A stretch of 64,000 nt of DNA from a virus: IMG/VR virus record IMGVR_UViG_3300042147_000025, positions 29,121-93,120 of that record; one strand, given 5' to 3'. Position numbers and translations under genes: made by a program. This document shows positions 57,114-64,000 of the stretch, one piece after another. The stretch's first letter is position 1. Every line of letters starts with the position of its first letter. The notes below the pieces were generated by a model. That model made no database searches. It was not told the origin of the DNA and was given only the letters and a program-made list of their open reading frames with translations.

Positions 57114-59315
57114 ATGCTGGTTGAAATGGACAAGAGCATGCTTTCTGCATTAATCAAGGGTTGTGATCCAGCCTATGAGATTATGGAACATCCACTGATT
57201 AAATCTAAAGGTTATTATTCGGGTGGGCACAATGACAGATGGAACTGGAACAGTTCTTTTGGAGATTGCACAGAGGAACAGTTGTGGGAGACGTATCAGT
57301 TACTGATTACTCCAATACCAAAGAAGGAAACTTGGTATGAGCAACAAATTAGAGAAATTAAGGCTGTTCTATTAGACGGGCAAGATAGAGGAAATCAAGG
57401 GCAGGTGGATGCTTGCCTATTGGAGATTAAGAGACTGGAGAAATTGATGTGACTCAGTTCGAACAAGCTAAACAAAGAGCACGCGAGCTAGATAAACTCC
57501 ACCCTAACTTTATTCACATGGTTGGGATTAGGTATCAGATTATTAGAGTGAGGAAATATGATGAACCAAACAATTGAAGAACGTATGTTAAGTATAGAAC
57601 AACAATTATCAGAGATCAGAAAAGAATTGGGGGAGAGTTTGGTAAGGTATGAGGATAAGAGCTGGTTGAGTAAGGACACTCCTCAGTTCACCCCAATGAC
57701 ACCTAGCAAGTTTAGAGATAAGATGGATAAACTTTGGGAGGCTAGTAAATGAATATTGGTTATTTCTTTGACAACTATGAAAGTGCAAAACAGTACGCAG
57801 ATGACTTGTTTGCTTTGATTTCAAGAAACGTTGACACTGCAAAGTTTAAACAGAAAGACTTGTCCATAGAATACTTTGGTAATAAACTACGGTTTATTGT
57901 TATACGATACCCCAAAGATGTGGATAAAATACAAGGTCATGTGTATGACGGCGTGTTCTTGAAATCAATATTTACATCCGAGGTTGATAGGTTTATTCTT
58001 AGTCGTTTCCGTCCTCGGTGTGCTTGTAAGATTGCTGAAGACTCCGATAAGAAAATTACACTAGTTATGGAGAAGCAACCATGAAAACTCGTAAGACACG
58101 TATTAAGAAGACAACCAAAGCAAGTGGTTCTGTGCAATATACTGCTGAATACAAATGGGGATTTTGGTGGTATCAGTTTAATGACATGATGGCACCTATT
58201 GGTGAACCTCGTTCTATTTGTTACGACTGGATTACTCGTAAAGGGACAGGAAATTTTAATCATTCCCAACAAGAAGCTCAAGACCTAATTGATTTCTATA
58301 TTGCACGGGTTAAACATGTTAACGCTTGTTTGATTGAGAATGAAGTGGTGAAAGTAGAGTGTGAGAGGTATCCATGAAACCTAACGGCTGCAATGTAGAT
58401 GGTTGGGACTTGTTCGAACAGCAGACTAGAGAAGAGTTTGAATATTATGCTGTTCGTAGAGGATATGATATAACACGAGACAGTGAATATAGTTTCTTCT
58501 ATGCGGATAAACGTACAGCGGATGCTTGGGAGATGTATCATCAGGGACATGTTAGTGGGAGGGTGTGGAATGTCTTGTAATTGCTATAGCTACAATTGGT
58601 GTGTAGGAGAAGATCCTGAAGTTGTCTTAGAAGTTCCTAAAGAATTACTTCCAATTATCAGACGTGAAACTGTCTGTGTTGATGCTTGCATTGTAAAAGA
58701 TGTTAAGGCACTATGGAAAGCTGGTATTGTGACACATGGAGCTTGCTGTGGGCACAATAGAATTCCAAAGAATATTGTTTTGGATACTAACATCAGTCAA
58801 GACTTAGTAGATAAGTGCAAAGATATTTTAGGGGAGTCCTTTGAGTTATATGCTTGGATGGATGTGGATAAGGTTTATATTACGAGGGTTGGCTAGTGAA
58901 ACCACTAATCCTTAAAACACCAGAAGGACTTTATGTCTGTGAAATACCTATTGAGAATGAACCAGAAGATAATGCCTCTGACAAGGCTTGGTGGATATGG
59001 GCTGCATGTGGGGTAGGGAATAGTCCTGTCGAGGCTTATAATGATTGGGTGCTTGACTATGAGTCAAAATTGGGAGGATAAGGTGTGATGTCTGATTTCA
59101 AAAGCTGGTACGAAGTTGCTGAATACCTATTAGCTAACAAGTGGAATAGTGTAGACGTAGATAGTACATGGTCATTCACAGAGGATAAGAGTTGGAGTAA
59201 GGTGTATCCTCCTGAAGATGCTAGTGACTATGAGCACTATAAGAATATTGGAGCTGCAATAGAAGACATGATGTATTTTTGTGATGGTGACTTAGGGAGT
59301 GTTAGTAAAGAATGA
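57114..59315 (+). other. cluster of small hypothetical CDSs (57114-57452, 57558-57752, 57749-58084, 58081-58377, 58374-58580, 58570-58896, 58896-59081, 59085-59315)
   Basis: ATGA-coupled ORFs with RBSs. Confidence 0.6.
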
Positions 59316-59530
59316 ATCTTAAACCAGAAGACTTAGAAGTCAGCACATACCCACCCTATAAAACTGGAGGTCAACATGTAGGACTTACTCATAGTGGTGT
59401 GCTGATTGTGCATATTCCTACAGGACTTGGTGTTGTGTCCACTACGGAGAGAAGTCAATATAGGAATAAAGAGAGGGCTTTGACAATGTTGGAAATATTG
59501 GTTGAGTTGGAGGGTGTAAATGCGTCCTAA
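59312..59530 (+). CDS. stand-alone class I release-factor GGQ (peptidyl-tRNA hydrolase) domain
   Basis: LKPEDLEVSTY...GGQHV...SGVLIVHIPTGLGV....ERSQYRNKERAL.ML matches RF1/RF2 domain 3. Confidence 0.88.
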   Translation: MNLKPEDLEVSTYPPYKTGGQHVGLTHSGVLIVHIPTGLGVVSTTERSQYRNKERALTMLEILVELEGVNAS

Positions 59531-59888
59531 ATGCCATTGTGGAAAGATTGCAGGCTATTGGTACAGTCCTATGCTCTATCGAAAGCTTACCTTTGAAGAG
59601 TACCTAAGCAACCATGCTTATTGTGAGGAACATGCTGACACAGAGAACTGGGCTGAATACGAGTATGTAGGATTTCATAAGAAAGGCTGGAGATGGCTGA
59701 AAAGGAAAGAGACTGAATTGTATTTGATTGGCCGTAATGAAAGACTATCTGCACCGTATTATGATGTGAGTCATGTTAAAGCAGATGGGATACGTTGGGC
59801 ACTTGGAAGATATCACAGTATGGAGAATGTTTTGAAAGAGACAGAAGGTTTGGTTGACGTGATTATTAAGGAGGGTTGGTATGAGTAA
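59520..59888 (+). CDS. hypothetical protein with Cys/His motif
   Basis: CHCG...YCEEH. Confidence 0.6.
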   Translation: MRPKCHCGKIAGYWYSPMLYRKLTFEEYLSNHAYCEEHADTENWAEYEYVGFHKKGWRWLKRKETELYLIGRNERLSAPYYDVSHVKADGIRWALGRYHSMENVLKETEGLVDVIIKEGWYE

Positions 59889-60044
59889 AGAATATTGGCT
59901 TGTGGCGGTAGATAAGCAAGTTAAGATTTATGATATTGTAGCTGTCTACTTTGATGAAAAAGAAGAGGCGGAATTAGAAGCTACAAGATTGAATGAAATC
60001 GAAACTAATTTTAATTTGGTGTATGAAGTATGGGATGAACCAAT

Positions 60045-61361
60045 TTGACTAAAGTAATTGTATATGACCAGCTTCCCGGAACGGGTAAGTCAACACGAAT
60101 GATTGACAAGATAAATAACTCCGACAAAGATCGGAGATTTATTGTTGTTACTCCTTTTCTAAAAGAGTGCCATAGGTATGCAGGTACTACACCAGATATT
60201 GACAGCGGAGATAAACAACTGCCACTGAAAGATACACAAGGGAATATCATTTACAATGGAAATGGCTGTAGTGCATCTGGACGTAGGTTTGAACACCCTG
60301 TGTCTGGATACCGAACTAAGGTAGAGCACATAGCAAAGCTTGTACACGAAGGACGTGACATTGTAACAACACATGCTGCACTGAAGCTCTTTACACCAGA
60401 GACAGTTAAGGATGTAAAAGATGCTGGCTACACTCTTGTAATTGATGAAGAATTAGAATGCATCAGACCGCACCCATGTAAGATGCACAGACGTAAGATG
60501 TTGTTAGGAAGTGGAGCTGTGTATGAGGATGCTTTGGGTTTACTTCGCTGGAATGAAGACTATGATACAAGTGATGATGTTAAGGAGCTAGATGGTTCCG
60601 GTTTTAGTTGGGATATGCAGATTAAATCTTTATGTGATAATGGAAGTCTTGTACTGATTGAAGATGAGAAAGGGAATCGTGATCTGTTCATGTGGGAGTA
60701 TCCTATTGAATTCATCAAAGCATTTGATTCTGTAGAAGTGCTTACCTACATGTTTGAGGGCTCTGTCTTTCACAAATATCTTGACTACTACGGAATTCAG
60801 CACGAGACAATAAGGGGAATTCAACTACCAAGTAATGTGTTTGATTTAATTAGGGTTGTAGATAATCCAAAGATGAATCGTATTGGTGATAGATGGGATA
60901 GTTTTACCGTAGGGGATCAGAAGAGACAGACTAAAGTTAGTGCTCTATCTCAGACAGTAAGGTCTAACCTATACAATTACTTTAACAACAGTACATATGG
61001 GAAGTCGAAGACTGATGAAAGGCTTTGGACTTGTCTTGGTGAGTCTGTTAGTATTTTTAAAGGTGCTGGTTATACTAAACGTCACATTGCTCATAACACC
61101 AAAGCCACCAATGACTATGCAAACAGTAATCAGCTAGCTTATATGTACAATGCTCACATGCATCCAGAGCCTTACAAATATCTACTGGGACGTGGTACTG
61201 AGTTTGCACCTAGTCAAGAGAGGTATTCAATAACAGAGCTTTTACAGTGGACTTACAGGAGTAGTGTACGAAATGATGAACCAATCAACCTGTATATTCC
61301 TAGTGTTAGGATGAGAGGTTTGTTAGAGAAATGGATGAGTGGAAATATGTTTACTAATTAA
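60045..61361 (+). CDS. SF2 / DEAD-like helicase or origin-binding ATPase
   Basis: PGTGKST, VVTP, TTHA, LVIDEE, LTYMF, ELLQW.YRS.VR. Confidence 0.75.
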   Translation: MTKVIVYDQLPGTGKSTRMIDKINNSDKDRRFIVVTPFLKECHRYAGTTPDIDSGDKQLPLKDTQGNIIYNGNGCSASGRRFEHPVSGYRTKVEHIAKLVHEGRDIVTTHAALKLFTPETVKDVKDAGYTLVIDEELECIRPHPCKMHRRKMLLGSGAVYEDALGLLRWNEDYDTSDDVKELDGSGFSWDMQIKSLCDNGSLVLIEDEKGNRDLFMWEYPIEFIKAFDSVEVLTYMFEGSVFHKYLDYYGIQHETIRGIQLPSNVFDLIRVVDNPKMNRIGDRWDSFTVGDQKRQTKVSALSQTVRSNLYNYFNNSTYGKSKTDERLWTCLGESVSIFKGAGYTKRHIAHNTKATNDYANSNQLAYMYNAHMHPEPYKYLLGRGTEFAPSQERYSITELLQWTYRSSVRNDEPINLYIPSVRMRGLLEKWMSGNMFTN

Positions 61362-61696
61362 ATAAAAATAAAACTACTAAAATAACACATCAGCCCTTGT
61401 ATTACGTGGCTTACAGAGGTGTTGCCCTAAAGGAAGGAGATATAGAAATATATTTAAAGAAGGTCAAAAGCTTTCTTTTCTTATTTTCTCTTACCCCTAT
61501 TCTAACTTTAAAGGGTGTTCTCTAGTTCTAAAATATTAACCCAACCCCCTATTTTGGAAGTCAGCTTGTATCAGTGACTTCTCTTTTCTCGTACCTGTAA
61601 ATATCTAATAGTGTCTGAAAGCCTTTACTTATAAGGGTCATACTTCAAAGACCACTGGATATCTATCTGAGCAGCTTAACCGTTCTAGATTGCAGC

Positions 61697-61768
61697 TGCA
61701 TAACCCATGCCAACTTTGCCGAATATCCGATGAAAGGTAATTTGAGAGGTACGCACAGCCTATGCCAA
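61697..61768 (-). promoter_or_regulatory. two sigma54 (-24/-12)-like sites
   Basis: TTGGCATGGGTTATGCA and TTGGCATAGGCTGTGCG, both GG-N10-GC. Confidence 0.5.
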
Positions 61769-62242
61769 TTAGACACCCTCTTGTCAGATACCTCTCAAAG
61801 TAAATAAACCACTTGACTAAACAACTGTTTTACTAAACATACTAGATAGCACCCTAACGTCATCCATAATCAGTATTATACGAAGTCCTATAATGCAACT
61901 AGCTACTATTGGCCTGTGTATGTCAACCATAATAATCTACTTCATTCGATTAGCACACTTCACTAGCTTAAGTCAATGTATTGTGAGGATTGTGTGAAAG
62001 GATTGGCTAAGAGATGGTGGTTAGGATGAGTGTTCAACATGTGGGATGGGGAAAGTTGGAGGGATTCGACCGTCAGCTTAACCACACAGGGTATTTTATC
62101 AACCCTAATAGGCAGCTTACTAAAGCTAATTAGTATACTTAAGAGGACAGTGTATGATAGATGAGACGAGGTTTAGAAGGGATTTGTTAGTATCAACGAA
62201 AGAGATACTGAGATGTTGTTCTATTAATACTGTTGATAACAT

Positions 62243-62266
62243 TAAGCCACTCAAATGAGTGGCTTA
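62243..62266 (-). terminator. hairpin after the last early gene
   Basis: TAAGCCACTC-AAAT-GAGTGGCTTA. Confidence 0.6.
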
Positions 62267-62522
62267 TAATTCCCTGCTTGATATTATTAGATAACATCTT
62301 TAGACTGGAGAATCTGTTTAACATTAGATTTCCATACCATGATGTCAACTTTAGACTCTTTCTTGTTCAGCGTAGCGAGAGCTTGTTCTAACAAGGCTTG
62401 ATTCTTAGGGTTTTTAGCCTTCAAGGTTGTCACTGCTGGTTTACGAAACATATTAATAAGGTTTTTCATGCTCTTCTTCCTAAGTGGTTTGTCTAAAGAC
62501 TGTGTTTCGTTCTGATGTGTTC

Positions 62523-62551
62523 ATTCTATCTCGATTCATCTACCCTGTAAA
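62523..62551 (-). promoter_or_regulatory. early sigma70 promoter
   Basis: TTTACA-17-TAGAAT with AT-rich upstream element. Confidence 0.7.
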
Positions 62552-62592
62552 GCTTTATTTAAAGATAAATGTATTTATTTCAGACAAAAATA

Positions 62593-62612
62593 AAGGGCTC
62601 AAATGAGCCCTT
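62593..62612 (-). terminator. intrinsic terminator
   Basis: AAGGGCTC-ATTT-GAGCCCTT then TATTTTT on the - strand. Confidence 0.7.
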
Positions 62613-63293
62613 GTGATGTTTCTTATTATACTCCGACGTTAATTATCTACAGAGGTTCAAAAGTAACAGGAGAATACCACCCATAATCCCCCAACATATG
62701 GAACACTTCATAATCATAAGCTCTGAATGAATAGGACCATAGAATAAGGCCATTGATGTTCATGGGCACAGAGACATTAAGCTTTTTCATTAGAACTACT
62801 CCTGTCCTGTGATTAAGAGTAGTTTACAAGCTCTTGATGTACTTCATAAGTTGGATGACCAATCATACTACAAATAATCTTCCAAGCATTATCACCCATC
62901 GGAGGGCCGGATGCAACACCCCAGAACACAGTATCACAAGGGTTGTAACCATGACAGCATTCTAGTGCCCATATGACATTTCGTAGTTGACCTTGAGCGC
63001 TGGACAATTCTACAGTTTCCATTATTATCTATCCCAGTTGTTCAGGGTAGCTTTGAAATGATCCCACTTGGATAAGCTGCATTCCCATTCTTTCTGTTCT
63101 TTAGACGTCAATTCACGAGTGGTATGAAGCTTAAAGAAGTAATTGCACATACGCTCTGTGGATTTGATCAAACGAACAACATCTCTGCGCTTAATACCCT
63201 TTTTGATCAGTTCGTTTTTAGTGTAGAGTGTGTTCATGATGTTCTGTCTCTTCTATCTCTGGAAAGGGATCATTCCCCCTCCTCTTGATTGTA

Positions 63294-63322
63294 AGGATAT
63301 ATCTATCCACAGGATTGGTCAA
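63294..63322 (-). promoter_or_regulatory. early sigma70 promoter
   Basis: TTGACC-17-TATCCT. Confidence 0.55.
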
Positions 63323-63856
63323 GGATTATTTTAGGAGGAAGATAAATAAAAAGTGCACTCTACTGATTTATCCGTAATGACCACTTACTAGCATCAGGCC
63401 ACAAGTGCCAGATAATGTCTTTATTCTCTTCTAACATCTCATTCTTCAAAGCTATTGCTTTCTCCTGAAGCTCAGCATCTGAATAGGCATACAGTTGTCT
63501 GTAGTTGGCCTTCTTATCGCCGTACCAGAGGTAGCCAGTGACCATGACAGAACCAATGATAACACCATTAACATCGTCATCTTTGAATACATCATGAATG
63601 TTTGCCATGATTAAGCTACCTTCATTTCATATTGACCGATGATGAAAGTGTTGTTGTAAGACAGGGCCACTTCAGCAGCGTAGATGTGATGACCTTCCAG
63701 AATGCCTTTAGCAATCAAAGACACAATGGTTTCTGTAGTGGTGAGGTGGTAGCCTTGAACACCGTTAAAAGCTTTGTTGGTCATTTTGATTTCTTGGTTG
63801 GCGAGGAAGGTTTTCATGTCTGCTGCTCCGTTGTGTGTTTCGTTCTCTGTATTAAG

Positions 63857-63885
63857 AGAATAGACCACTATCAGACATTGTGCAA
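63857..63885 (-). promoter_or_regulatory. early sigma70 promoter
   Basis: TTGCAC-17-TATTCT. Confidence 0.55.
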
Positions 63886-63934
63886 GGAATTTCTGAAGAA
63901 AATCTAAAGAAATTTATCATTTATTTTCAATGAA

Positions 63935-64000
63935 CCACTTTAGTGCCACTTTAGTGCCACTTTAGTGCCACTTTAGTGCCACTTTAGTGCCACTTTAGTG
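63935..64000. repeat. perfect 11-bp tandem repeat (CCACTTTAGTG) x6, running off the window
   Basis: Read directly from the sequence. Confidence 0.95.

Larger units (their letters stand above)
61362..62280. other. ~0.9 kb non-coding region between convergent genes; probable genome terminus or origin
   Basis: No ORF of 60 aa or more; strand composition switches near 61980; early-type genes flank it. Confidence 0.5.
62287..63817 (-). other. early host-takeover-type small genes (62287-62469, 62813-63022, 63025-63237, 63360-63608, 63611-63817)
   Basis: Short ORFs in units preceded by sigma70 promoters. Confidence 0.65.

Noticed and set aside
59312-59530. Evidence of stop-codon reassignment from the RF-like gene
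   Set aside because: Genes translate intact with the standard code, all three stops are used, no suppressor tRNA is present, and the protein lacks codon-recognition domains.
63935-64000. CRISPR array
   Set aside because: 11-bp units without spacers; no cas genes.

Overview
A 64 kb segment of a lytic, AT-rich myovirus with PAK_P1/Otagovirus/Felix O1-like gene order. The host is very probably Pseudomonas, inferred from a Pseudomonas-type PhaZ homolog. From left to right: (1) a + strand nucleotide-metabolism block (DUF5664-like hydrolase, HAD nucleotidase, MazG-like NTP-PPase, thyX, nrdB, nrdA); (2) a long - strand late operon read right to left (tailspike, TerS, TerL, intron-split portal, S49 protease, decoration, major capsid, neck, sheath, three tube paralogs, frameshifted tail chaperones, tape measure, baseplate, fiber plus SGNH esterase, SAR endolysin/holin/spanins); (3) an RNA locus at 41.8-42.7 kb with tRNA-Thr, tRNA-Asn, a tRNA-like element and two unannotated structured RNA candidates, plus a third candidate at 38.4-38.6 kb; (4) a minimal PolA/T7-RNAP-like polymerase; (5) a + strand accessory block (PhoH, ClpP-like, dCMP deaminase, small alarmone hydrolase, Ser/Thr phosphatase, PHA depolymerase, stand-alone GGQ release-factor domain, helicase); (6) a probable terminus/origin region with sigma54-like sites, early sigma70 promoters and an 11-bp tandem repeat. 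About 11 homing-endonuclease genes are present, one intronic and one frameshifted. The most novel candidates are the hairpin array with anti-Shine-Dalgarno loops and its neighbouring RNAs, the phage PhaZ, and a possible translation/stringent-response module (GGQ mini-RF plus SAH). All calls come from motif recognition by eye; no database search was run.
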